Shown one piece after another: positions 7,874 through 16,608 of a stretch of DNA of 28,153 bases (position 1 is the stretch's first letter; every line of letters starts with the position of its first letter). The notes beneath the pieces are model-generated. The model did no database searches and was not told where the DNA came from. It worked only from the letters and a program-made list of their open reading frames with translations. Location of the stretch: contig JBGQJI010000020.1 in NCBI GenBank assembly GCA_041498975.1, positions 1 through 28,153 on the forward strand, read 5' to 3'. This DNA is from Candidatus Methylomirabilis sp. GTDB lineage: Bacteria > Methylomirabilota > Methylomirabilia > Methylomirabilales > Methylomirabilaceae. The translations under genes and the position numbers were made by a program.

Positions 7874-9856
7874 ATGATTCCATCGAGAGAGATATACTGG
7901 AACATTCCAGGCCATCTCTTTCTCTACGTCCTCTTTTTCCCGTTCCTGGTCGTCTTTGTGTATGGGATCTACCGGCATATTCGCCTGCTCTTGATGGGGC
8001 AGCCGGCAGCGGCCCTGGACCACGTGTGGGATCGGCTCAAAGGGTTCGCGGAACATGGGGTCTTCCAGCACCGGATCGGCCGTGATGCCCTTTCGGGCGT
8101 GCTGCACCTCTCGATGTCTTGGGGGTTTGCCATCCTCTTCGTCGCGACCTGCCTCGTTGCTTTGCAAGACTACTTCGGTGTCCCTACGCTCTACGGCAAC
8201 TTCTACCTCTATTTCATGTCGCTCACGGTCGATCTTTTCGGGCTGGCTGCCATCGTCGGCGTGGGGATCGCGCTCGCCCGGCGCTATGGCGCGAAGCCCG
8301 ACCGCTTGCTGAAACCCCGTCTGGCCGACAGCTATGGCCTTCTACTCAGCCTGTTTCTCATCATTTTGGTGACAGGCTTCCTGATCGAAGGGCTCCGGAT
8401 CGCGGCCACGGCCGATCCGTGGGGACGCTGGTCGCCTGGGGGGTGGCTGGCCTCCCTGCCTTTTCTCAGCGTTGGCCGAGTTGAGCAGGCGAACGTTCAT
8501 CGCCTCCTCTGGTGGTTCCATGCCATCGTTGCGTTTGCCTTCATCGCCTATCTCCCTCACGGCATCAGCCTGCACATGCTGGCCGCCCCGGCCAATATTT
8601 TTCTCAGAAACCGGGAGCGTTCTGGCGTCCTTCAGCCGATTGATCTGGAACATGCGGAGCGGTTCGGGGCGTCGGCGATCGACCAGTACACATGGAAGCA
8701 TCTCCTCGATCTGGAGGCGTGTACCGAGTGCGGACGATGCCAGGAGGCCTGTCCGGCCTGGACCACCGGCAAGCCGCTGACCCCGAAGGGCGTGATCATC
8801 GATCTACGAGATCACCTGCGCCTGGTCTCCGAGGGGGGTGATCCGAGAAAGATGGTCGGGCAGGTGATCTCCCACGACGTTCTCTGGTCCTGCACCACCT
8901 GCGGCGCCTGTCATCAGGAATGCCCGGTCTTCATCGAACCGATCCCGAAGATCGTCGAGATGCGTCGCCACCTGGTGATGGAAGAGGCCGATTTCCCGGA
9001 GACGATGCAGCAGGCGCTGCGGAGCCTGGAAGAGCGAGGACATCCGTTTCGCGGGACGTCAGCCACCCGGGTGGACTGGGCGCGGGGCCTTGACGTCAAG
9101 ACGCTCGCGAGCAACGGCCGGCCGGAGATCCTCTATTGGGTCGGCTGCGCCGCGGCCTTCGATGAGCGCAACCAGAAGGTGGCCTCTTCCTTTGCCAGGC
9201 TCCTCCAGCGGGCGGGAGTGAACTTTTCCATCCTGGGGGAGGAGGAGCGGTGCACGGGAGACCCGGCCCGCCGGATCGGAAACGAGTACCTCTTTCAAAC
9301 GCTGGCCCAGGAGAATATCGCAACCCTCAACCGGTACGGCATCACGAAGATCGTCACAAGCTGTCCCCATTGCTACAACACCATCAGGAACGAATATCCC
9401 AAGATGGGCGGCAGCTATGATATCGTTCATCACACCGAGCTGCTGGGCAATCTGGTCCGGCAAGGCCGCCTCCGCCCACAGCGGCGAATGGATGGCGTCG
9501 CCTCGTTCCACGACCCCTGCTATCTTGGGCGGCACAACGGCGTCTATGAGGCGCCACGGGAGGTTCTCGGGGCTATCCCTGGTTTGCAGCTCAAGGAGAT
9601 GGGCCGGTGCCGCGAACGCGGCTTCTGCTGCGGGGCGGGCGGCGGGTTGATGTGGTTCGAGGAGAAGATCGGCAAGCGCGTGAGCTGGGAGCGAACCGAA
9701 GAGGCGCTGGCGCTTGAGCCGCAGGTCCTGGCGAGCGCCTGTCCCTTTTGCCTGATCATGTTCGAGGACGCGATCAAGGTGAAGGAGGCAAGTCACCGGA
9801 CCAGATCGCTTGACGTGGCGGAAGTGATGGCGCACAGTGTTGAGGGAGCCGGGTGA
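7874..9856 (+). CDS. Membrane-bound Fe-S oxidoreductase (FadF/HdrF-like; probable ETF:(methyl)menaquinone oxidoreductase)
   Basis: N-terminal NarI-like TM domain with His residues (GVLHLSMSWGF, WWFHAIV, SLHMLA). Two 4Fe-4S motifs, CTECGRCQEACP and CTTCGACHQECP. Two CCG domains (YWVGC..ERCTG..TSCPHC and FHDPCYLGR..FCCGAGGG..SACPFC). Directly after etfBA. Confidence 0.9.
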   Translation: MIPSREIYWNIPGHLFLYVLFFPFLVVFVYGIYRHIRLLLMGQPAAALDHVWDRLKGFAEHGVFQHRIGRDALSGVLHLSMSWGFAILFVATCLVALQDYFGVPTLYGNFYLYFMSLTVDLFGLAAIVGVGIALARRYGAKPDRLLKPRLADSYGLLLSLFLIILVTGFLIEGLRIAATADPWGRWSPGGWLASLPFLSVGRVEQANVHRLLWWFHAIVAFAFIAYLPHGISLHMLAAPANIFLRNRERSGVLQPIDLEHAERFGASAIDQYTWKHLLDLEACTECGRCQEACPAWTTGKPLTPKGVIIDLRDHLRLVSEGGDPRKMVGQVISHDVLWSCTTCGACHQECPVFIEPIPKIVEMRRHLVMEEADFPETMQQALRSLEERGHPFRGTSATRVDWARGLDVKTLASNGRPEILYWVGCAAAFDERNQKVASSFARLLQRAGVNFSILGEEERCTGDPARRIGNEYLFQTLAQENIATLNRYGITKIVTSCPHCYNTIRNEYPKMGGSYDIVHHTELLGNLVRQGRLRPQRRMDGVASFHDPCYLGRHNGVYEAPREVLGAIPGLQLKEMGRCRERGFCCGAGGGLMWFEEKIGKRVSWERTEEALALEPQVLASACPFCLIMFEDAIKVKEASHRTRSLDVAEVMAHSVEGAG

Positions 9857-10284
9857 TGAACAAGGAGGAGTTGATCGGTTTGCTTAACCGGCTCCTGGAG
9901 GCCGAGCGATCCGGCGTCAGGGCCGTGAGCGGCATGCTGAAGCCGCTGCCGGATGGCGAACTCAAAGAGGGGTTGAAGAAGGCCAAGAGTGATGAAGCGC
10001 GCTATGTCGCGGGGCTGCATGCGTTGCTGAAGCAACTCGGGGTGGTTCCATCGGAGAAGGTGGGCGACTTTGCCGAGAAGCTCCTGGCGATAGACGGAAT
10101 CGCCGAGCAGCTCAAGTTCCTCAACCGTGGTCAGGGGTGGGTGGCCAGGAAGATCGAGGCGCTGCTACCCACCCTGACGGATCAGGCAATGCGGGACTTC
10201 TTTACCGAGATGCTCGACACGCACCGAAACAACATCGCCTGGGCCGAGAAGATGATCACGCAATTGGCCGCAGAACTCGCATAG
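9856..10284 (+). CDS. Small ferritin-like four-helix protein (DUF6306-like)
   Basis: [29 protein letters not shown] and [10 protein letters not shown] pattern. The start overlaps the oxidoreductase stop (TGATG). Confidence 0.7.
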   Translation: MNKEELIGLLNRLLEAERSGVRAVSGMLKPLPDGELKEGLKKAKSDEARYVAGLHALLKQLGVVPSEKVGDFAEKLLAIDGIAEQLKFLNRGQGWVARKIEALLPTLTDQAMRDFFTEMLDTHRNNIAWAEKMITQLAAELA

Positions 10285-10312
10285 CCGATCTGGAGCGAAA
10301 GGGTGGATTGAC

Positions 10313-12007
10313 ATGTCCGAGAAGAAGGATCTCAAGCGGATCGAGCAGGAGAAGGAGCGCTGGGAGGCCGACACGCTGAAGCCCACCCTCAAGAATACGC
10401 CCGAGCGGGCAGAGCGCTTCACCTCGGTCTCCATGACCCCGGTCGAGCGCCTCTACAGCCCTGCGGACCTGGCGGGCTGGGACTTCATAAGAGAGGTTGG
10501 ATTTCCTGGCGAGTACCCCTACACCCGGGGGATACACCCCACCATGTATCGCGGCAAGCTCTGGACGATGCGGATGTTCGCGGGGTTCGGCACCGCCGCC
10601 GAAACGAACCGCAGGTTCAAGTACCTCCTTGAGCAGGGGCAGATGGGACTCTCCACCGCGTTCGATCTGCCGACCCTGATGGGGTACGACTCCGACCACC
10701 CGTTTTCCGCTGGGGAGGTCGGCAAGTGTGGCGTCGCCATCGACTCCCTGGCCGATATGGAGGCGCTGTTCGACGGCATCCCGCTCGGCGAGGTGACCAC
10801 CTCCATGACGATCACGTCCCCGGCGTCTGTCCTCTGGGCGATGTATATCGCCGTCTGCGAGAAGCAGGGCGTGCCGTATCACAACGCAGGGGGCACCATC
10901 CAGAACGACATCCTGAAGGAGTACATCGCCCAGAAGGAGTACATCTATCCGATCGAGCCGTCGGTGCGGCTGGTGACCGACACGGTCCTGTTCGGCGCCT
11001 ACCACCTGCCCCGGTGGAACACCATCAGCATCAGCGGCTATCACATCCGAGAAGCGGGCTCCACGGCATTGCAGGAGCTGGCCTTCACCTTGGCCGATGG
11101 GATGGTCTACGTCGAGGAGGCGATCAAGGCGGGTCTGGAGGTTGACGCATTCGCGCCTCGCCTCTCGTTCTTCTTCGATTGCCACAACGATCTGTTCGAG
11201 GAGGTGGCCAAGTTCCGCGCGGCCCGGCGGCTCTGGGCTCGGGTCATGCGGGAGAGGTTCCGGGCGAGGGATCCGCGCTCCTGGCTGCTCAGAACCCATG
11301 CCCAGACGGCCGGCGTTGCCCTGACCGCCCAGCAGCCCTATAACAACATCGCACGGGTGGCGATCCAGGCGCTGGCCGGTGTTCTGGGGGGGACCCAGTC
11401 GCTGCACACCAATGCCATGGACGAAGCGATGGCGCTACCCACTGAGGAGGCGGCCACTATCGCGCTCAGGACGCAGCAGATCATCGCCTATGAGAGCGGG
11501 GTCACCAACACGGTCGATCCGCTTGCCGGCTCCTACTATGTCGAGAAGCTGACGAGCCAGATGGAGGCGGGTGCCTGGGAGTATTTCAGGAAGATCGAGG
11601 ACCTTGGCGGGATGATCCGGGCCGTCGAACGGGGCTTTCCACAGCGTGAGATCGCCGATGCCGCCTACAGCTATCAGCAGGCGATCGAACGGGAGGAAAA
11701 GATCATCGTGGGCGTGAACCGGTTTACGGCAGACGAGGAACCCCCGATCCCTCTCCTCAGTATCGACCGCGAGGCCGAGGCGCGGCAGATCGACCGCCTG
11801 CAACAGCTTCGCCGCTCACGCGACAAGGATGTGGTGATGCGGTCGCTGGACGCCCTTCGACAGGCGGCCGTCGGAAGAGACCCATGGGGGAAGGACCTGC
11901 TCATGCCCAAGATCCTCGACGCGGTACGGGCCTACGCGACCCTGGGGGAAATCATGGGGGTCTTCCGTGAAGTCTGGGGTGAGTACACCGAGCCGCACAT
12001 CATTTGA
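10313..12007 (+). CDS. icmA: B12-dependent acyl-CoA mutase large subunit with isobutyryl-CoA mutase signature
   Basis: MCM-family motifs [24 protein letters not shown] and QSLHTN. Specificity positions F89 (TMRMFAGF) and Q207 (EYIAQKE) replace the Y/R of methylmalonyl-CoA mutase. No fused B12 domain. Confidence 0.8.
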   Translation: MSEKKDLKRIEQEKERWEADTLKPTLKNTPERAERFTSVSMTPVERLYSPADLAGWDFIREVGFPGEYPYTRGIHPTMYRGKLWTMRMFAGFGTAAETNRRFKYLLEQGQMGLSTAFDLPTLMGYDSDHPFSAGEVGKCGVAIDSLADMEALFDGIPLGEVTTSMTITSPASVLWAMYIAVCEKQGVPYHNAGGTIQNDILKEYIAQKEYIYPIEPSVRLVTDTVLFGAYHLPRWNTISISGYHIREAGSTALQELAFTLADGMVYVEEAIKAGLEVDAFAPRLSFFFDCHNDLFEEVAKFRAARRLWARVMRERFRARDPRSWLLRTHAQTAGVALTAQQPYNNIARVAIQALAGVLGGTQSLHTNAMDEAMALPTEEAATIALRTQQIIAYESGVTNTVDPLAGSYYVEKLTSQMEAGAWEYFRKIEDLGGMIRAVERGFPQREIADAAYSYQQAIEREEKIIVGVNRFTADEEPPIPLLSIDREAEARQIDRLQQLRRSRDKDVVMRSLDALRQAAVGRDPWGKDLLMPKILDAVRAYATLGEIMGVFREVWGEYTEPHII

Positions 12008-12057
12008 TGATGAATGGGTGGGGATTGAGCGATTGAGAACATTGGCAGGAGCATGAT

Positions 12058-12474
12058 ATGGGAGCAGAGGCAGAGCGGAAAATCAGAATCTTGATCGCAA
12101 AGCCGGGCCTGGACGGACACGACCGGGGCGCCAAGGTCATCGCCAGGGCGTTCCGCGATGCCGGGATGGAGGTGATCTACACCGGGTTGCGGCAAACGCC
12201 CGAGATGATCGCCAACGCCGCCATCCAGGAGGATGTGGACGCCATCGGCATGTCGTGTCTCTCCGGGGCCCACATGTACCTCTTCCCGAGAGTGATTGAG
12301 CTGCTCCGGGAGCGAGGGGCGGATGACATCGTCGTATTCGGTGGGGGCACGATCCCAGACGAAGACATCCCGAAGCTCAAGGCAGCCGGGATCGCCGCCG
12401 TGTTTACTCCTGGCGCGAGGACGACCGAGGCCATCGAGTTCGTGAGGAGGAATGTAAAGAGTAAAGCTGTGTAA
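12058..12474 (+). CDS. icmB: Cobalamin-binding small subunit of acyl-CoA mutase
   Basis: [13 protein letters not shown] (DxHxxG base-off/His-on motif), SCLSGAH and GGGTIP. Confidence 0.88.
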   Translation: MGAEAERKIRILIAKPGLDGHDRGAKVIARAFRDAGMEVIYTGLRQTPEMIANAAIQEDVDAIGMSCLSGAHMYLFPRVIELLRERGADDIVVFGGGTIPDEDIPKLKAAGIAAVFTPGARTTEAIEFVRRNVKSKAV

Positions 12475-12561
12475 TTAGCTGGTTACGAGTGGACCATGAG
12501 AAAGAGCTTCAGAAACAGAAAACGAGCTAAGTCCTGCACACTTGCGAGTGAGTAGCGAAGA

Positions 12562-13713
12562 ATGGATTTCGAGTTGAGCGAAGACCAGAAGGCCGTCCAG
12601 GGGATGATGAGGGAGTTCGCAGAGCGAGAAATCGCGCCGGTCGCCCAGGAGCTTGACGAGCGGGAAGAGTTCCCGGCGCAGATCATCGCGAAGCTCTCGG
12701 AGTTAGGGCTGATGGGCATCCTCTTCCCGAAGGAGTACGGCGGCGCGGCGATGGACTATACCAGTTATGCTCTCATCCTGGAGGAATTGGGACGGTATGA
12801 CGCTTCGGTTGCCCTGACCGTGGAGTCGCACAACTCTCTCTGTAGCAACCACATTTATCTCGCTGGCACCGAGGCCCAAAAAAGGAGATACCTTCCGCAG
12901 TTGACCAGTGGGAGGGTGCTTGGTGCATGGGGGTTGACGGAACCCGGCTCAGGGAGCGATGCGGCCGGGATGCAGACCACCGCTGTGCTCGAGGGGGATC
13001 ACTGGGTATTAAACGGGACGAAGAACTTCATCACTCAGGGGAGCGTGGCAGGGATCTATGTCGTTATGGCGATCACCGATCGGGCCAAGCGGGATAGGGG
13101 GATTTCGGCCTTCATCCTGGAGAAAGGAACGCCCGGCTTTTGGGTCGGCCGCAAAGAGCACAAGATGGGATTTCGCGCCAGCGACACGGCCCAGCTCATT
13201 TTTGAGGGGGCGCAGATCCCCAAGGAGAATCTGCTTGGTAGACTGAACCACGGATTCATCGACACGCTGAAGATCCTGGATGGCGGCCGGATCGGGATGG
13301 CCGCCCTTACCGTAGGGATCGCCCGCGGGTGCCTGGAAGAAGGCCTGAAGTACGCAAAAGAGCGGCGCGCATTTGGGCAAGCGATCGCCAACTACCAGGC
13401 GATTCAGTGGAAGCTGGCGGACATGGCCACCGAAATCGACGCCGCCAGGCTTCTGGTCCTGCAGGCGGCCTACCTCAAAGATACCGGTCGGCCGTTTACC
13501 AAAGAGGCCGCCTACGGAAAGTTGTTCTCCTCGGAGGTCGCCATGAAAGCGGCCGTGGAAGCCGTGCAGATCCATGGTGGCTACGGCTACATCAAAGAGT
13601 TTCCGGTCGAACGGTATTTCCGCGACGCCAAGTTCTGCGCAATCGGAGAAGGGACCTCGGAGATCCAACGACTGGTCATCGCCCGCCAACTCCTGGGCCG
13701 ATCATACGCCTAA
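12562..13713 (+). CDS. Acyl-CoA dehydrogenase 2 (possibly beta-branched/isovaleryl-CoA type)
   Basis: [31 protein letters not shown] and active-site [10 protein letters not shown] (G362-E363). Confidence 0.92.
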   Translation: MDFELSEDQKAVQGMMREFAEREIAPVAQELDEREEFPAQIIAKLSELGLMGILFPKEYGGAAMDYTSYALILEELGRYDASVALTVESHNSLCSNHIYLAGTEAQKRRYLPQLTSGRVLGAWGLTEPGSGSDAAGMQTTAVLEGDHWVLNGTKNFITQGSVAGIYVVMAITDRAKRDRGISAFILEKGTPGFWVGRKEHKMGFRASDTAQLIFEGAQIPKENLLGRLNHGFIDTLKILDGGRIGMAALTVGIARGCLEEGLKYAKERRAFGQAIANYQAIQWKLADMATEIDAARLLVLQAAYLKDTGRPFTKEAAYGKLFSSEVAMKAAVEAVQIHGGYGYIKEFPVERYFRDAKFCAIGEGTSEIQRLVIARQLLGRSYA

Positions 13714-13849
13714 GTTCTCATCCTCTGATCGTGCAGCTATCCGTGCCTCGGTGTGACCTTCCGCGTCCCTATTATTTCTGGACTTGGCTGCACGGCTGTG
13801 ATAATTTTCCCTCCCGGAAACGCCGTTTTGAATCCGATCGGCAGGGCAG

Positions 13850-14788
13850 ATGGAGTTCACACGCAGAGTCCTCGAAGGTGATGTCCGCGCGGCCGCCCGC
13901 CTCATGACCCTCATCGAGAACGGCGTCGACGAGGCGAAGGCAGCTCTGAAGTCCCTCTATGCTCACACCGGCTCAGGCTATATCGTCGGAATCACCGGCC
14001 CTCCAGGTTCCGGGAAAAGCACCCTGACCGACGGGCTCACAGAAGAATTGCGGAAACGGGGGAAGACCGTCGGGATCGTGGCGGTTGATCCGACCAGTCC
14101 CTTCACGGGAGGCGCGATTCTCGCCGATCGGATTCGAATGCAGCGCCACAGCCTGGATGCCGGTGTCTTCATTCGCAGCATGGCGACGCGGGGCCATCTG
14201 GGCGGCCTGGCCCGCGCCACCAACGACGTTGTGGATGTCATGGATGCGGCGGGTAAGGACGTGATTCTCATTGAGACGGTTGGGGTCGGCCAGGATGAGG
14301 TGGAGGTCGTGGGCACCGCGCACACCTGCGTCGTCGTGTCGGTCCCCGGGCTGGGCGACGAGATCCAGGCGATCAAGGCCGGCGTTCTGGAGATCGGCGA
14401 CGTGTTCGTCGTGAACAAGGCCGATCGGGAGGGCGCCAACCGGACGGCCACCGAGCTGGAAATGATGCTGCACATGGCTCCAGATACGGGGGGCTGGCTG
14501 CCGAAGGTCTACAAGACTGTCGCCACGAAGGGGGAAGGGGTTGTGGAGCTTGTAGACGCGATCTTTGAGCACAAGGCGTTCATGGACGAACGCGGCCTGA
14601 GAAAGAAAAAGGGGCGAGAGCGAAGCGAGAGGGCGTTCCTGGCACTCCTCCAGGAGACGCTTACCGCGAGGACCGTCGAGCGGATCCAGCGGAACGGGAG
14701 TATGAAAGAACTGATCGCGCGGATTGCCGATCGCGAACTTGACCGATATACCGCTGTCGAGGAGGTCCTCGGAAAGATGGGGTTGTAG
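13850..14788 (+). CDS. meaB: MeaB/ArgK G-protein chaperone for B12-dependent mutase
   Basis: GITGPPGSGKST, AVDPTSPFTGGAILADRIRM, IETVGVGQDE, DEIQAIKAG and VVNKAD. Confidence 0.95.
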   Translation: MEFTRRVLEGDVRAAARLMTLIENGVDEAKAALKSLYAHTGSGYIVGITGPPGSGKSTLTDGLTEELRKRGKTVGIVAVDPTSPFTGGAILADRIRMQRHSLDAGVFIRSMATRGHLGGLARATNDVVDVMDAAGKDVILIETVGVGQDEVEVVGTAHTCVVVSVPGLGDEIQAIKAGVLEIGDVFVVNKADREGANRTATELEMMLHMAPDTGGWLPKVYKTVATKGEGVVELVDAIFEHKAFMDERGLRKKKGRERSERAFLALLQETLTARTVERIQRNGSMKELIARIADRELDRYTAVEEVLGKMGL

Positions 14789-14800
14789 CGGGAAGCGCTC

Positions 14801-15772
14801 ATGGATGTGCTGCAGGCAGGAATCGGGGAATTCAGGGTGGAGGATCCGGACCAGCTCCGGGCCTTCATGCGGACCGAGAAGCGGCGGGAGATGGTGGACA
14901 AGGTCATGCCCGAGGCTGAAGCGGTCCGCCGCTACGTGAAAGATGGCGATTACGTCAGCTTCGACTTTTCCTCCTTTACTCGAGGCCCGGCCTCCCTCGT
15001 CCGGGAGATCATCCGACAGCGCAGGCGGCACCTCTGGTTCGCCGCCAAGTTCACCCTGATGGAGAGCACACTGCTGGTGGCGGCGGGGTGCCTGCGAGGG
15101 ATCGACGTGGGGTTCATGGGGCTGGGGAATCTTCTCGCCAGGGCGGTGGAGGAGGGGAGGATCAAAGTGACGGAATGGACGAACGGCACGCTGACGCTTC
15201 GCCATTTGGCGGGGGCGATGGGCGTGCCGTTCCTCCCGACGCGAAACCTGCTGGCCACCGATACCCTGACCTATTCCGGAGCCAAGGTCGTCCGGGACCC
15301 GTTCACTGAAAGGCCAATCGCGCTCGTCCCAGCCGTGAATCCCGAGGTCGGTCTGGTGCATGTCCATCAGTGCGACATGTACGGGAACGCGCGTTGCTTC
15401 GGGCCGGGGGTCTCGCCGCTGGAGACGGCGATGGCCTCCAAGCGGACCATCATCTCTACCGAAGAGATCATCACCACGGATGACATCCGGAAGGAGCCGG
15501 CCAAAACGACGATCCCCTATTACCTCGTTGACGCGGTGGTCTATGCGCCGTTCGGCTGCCTGCCGGGTGGGGCCCAGGGGATGTACGAGATGGATACGGA
15601 ACACTTCCTGGAGTACATGGCCGCCTCGGGCGACGAGCAGAAGATGGCCGCGTACCTTGAGAAGTATATCTACAGTGTGGCTTCGCACGAGGAGTTCCTC
15701 GAAAAGCGGGTCGGAGTTGCGAGGCTCCTGGAGCTCAAACGGCAGGCCACGATCAAAGAGGGGTATCATTGA
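14801..15772 (+). CDS. Class I CoA transferase subunit A (GctA/CatI-like)
   Basis: AVRRYVKDGD, LAGAMGVPFLP, PAVNPEVGLVHVHQCDMYGN and VDAVVYAPFGCLP. Confidence 0.87.
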   Translation: MDVLQAGIGEFRVEDPDQLRAFMRTEKRREMVDKVMPEAEAVRRYVKDGDYVSFDFSSFTRGPASLVREIIRQRRRHLWFAAKFTLMESTLLVAAGCLRGIDVGFMGLGNLLARAVEEGRIKVTEWTNGTLTLRHLAGAMGVPFLPTRNLLATDTLTYSGAKVVRDPFTERPIALVPAVNPEVGLVHVHQCDMYGNARCFGPGVSPLETAMASKRTIISTEEIITTDDIRKEPAKTTIPYYLVDAVVYAPFGCLPGGAQGMYEMDTEHFLEYMAASGDEQKMAAYLEKYIYSVASHEEFLEKRVGVARLLELKRQATIKEGYH

Positions 15773-16566
15773 TGGGGCAGGGGTTCACCGAGTCGGAGTT
15801 CATGATCTGTCAGTGCGCCCGGCTCATGGAGGACGGGAGGATCGTCTTCATCGGCTACGGGATGCCCCAGATCGCCGCCATCCTGGCTCAGCGCCTTCAT
15901 GCGCCCCGAATGGTCCAGATGTACGAGTTCGGCGCAGTCGGGTCGCTGCCTGAGACCCCCTTTGTCCGCTTCACGATGGGTGGGCCGCGCAACTGCTATC
16001 GGTCGCTTGCCTGGACGAACATGAACACGATATTCGCCCAGGCTCAGCTCGGCATGGTCGATCTTGGCGTCCTCGGCGCCACCCAGATCGACCGGTTCGG
16101 GAACATCAATTCCACGATGCTGGGGGCCGATTACAAGCACCCGGAAAAGCGGTTCCCCGGGAGCGGCGGGGCCAACGAAGTGCTCACGCAGTGCTGGCGC
16201 ACAGTGATCGTGATCATGCACGAGCGGCGCCGATTCGTGAAGAAGGTGGACTTCGTGACATCGCCCGGCTATCTGGACGGAAGTCCCGGGGCTCGCGAGC
16301 GTGCCGGCCTGCCAAGAGGGACCGGGCCGTGGCGGGTGGTCACCTCCAAAGCCCTGTATGGTTTCGATGAGGAGAGCAGACAGATGACCGTGTTGGGGGT
16401 GCTCCGCGGATTCAGCGTCGATGACATTCTCAAAGAGATGGAGTTCACGCCACTCGTCGCTGGAACGATGGAGCAGCTTGAGCCGCCGACCTTGGAGGAG
16501 CTTCGGGTTCTTCGGGAGGAGATCGATCCAACCCGCGCGATCATCGGCTGGACAGCCCGGGAGTAG
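15772..16566 (+). CDS. Class I CoA transferase subunit B (GctB/CatJ-like)
   Basis: VFIGYGMP, MYEFG (Glu52 at the catalytic Glu position), LGATQIDRFGNINST, PGSGGANE and FVKKVDFVTSPG. TGATG coupling with subunit A. Confidence 0.88.
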   Translation: MGQGFTESEFMICQCARLMEDGRIVFIGYGMPQIAAILAQRLHAPRMVQMYEFGAVGSLPETPFVRFTMGGPRNCYRSLAWTNMNTIFAQAQLGMVDLGVLGATQIDRFGNINSTMLGADYKHPEKRFPGSGGANEVLTQCWRTVIVIMHERRRFVKKVDFVTSPGYLDGSPGARERAGLPRGTGPWRVVTSKALYGFDEESRQMTVLGVLRGFSVDDILKEMEFTPLVAGTMEQLEPPTLEELRVLREEIDPTRAIIGWTARE

Positions 16567-16608
16567 CGAGTTGCATGGGACTCATTTGAAGGAAGCGAGG
16601 AAAGCGTG

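Noticed and set aside
7640..8167. Short ORFs with repetitive peptides (VPGSKFRVP, PETRNPEP) here and at 3956-4583
   Set aside because: Translations of the heptamer DNA repeats, not credible proteins.
7874..9856. Heterodisulfide reductase as evidence of methanogenesis or sulfur metabolism
   Set aside because: CCG domains fused to a NarI-like domain next to etfBA fit the FadF/EMO family. No hdrABC, mvh or dsr genes are present.
10313..12007. Annotation as methylmalonyl-CoA mutase or 2-hydroxyisobutyryl-CoA mutase
   Set aside because: F89/Q207/A116 match neither Y/R (MCM) nor I/D (HCM), and there is no epimerase or propionyl-CoA carboxylase nearby.
12475..12530. Inverted repeat TTAGCTGGTT/AACGAGCTAA after icmB
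   Set aside because: A 9/10 stem with a 36-nt loop and no U-tract; not a convincing terminator or element.
13973..15769. 598-aa - strand ORF, and other long antisense ORFs such as 10256-11407, 23510-24652 and 4710-5615
   Set aside because: They lie opposite well-supported genes, show no recognisable motifs, and are expected from GC-rich codon bias.
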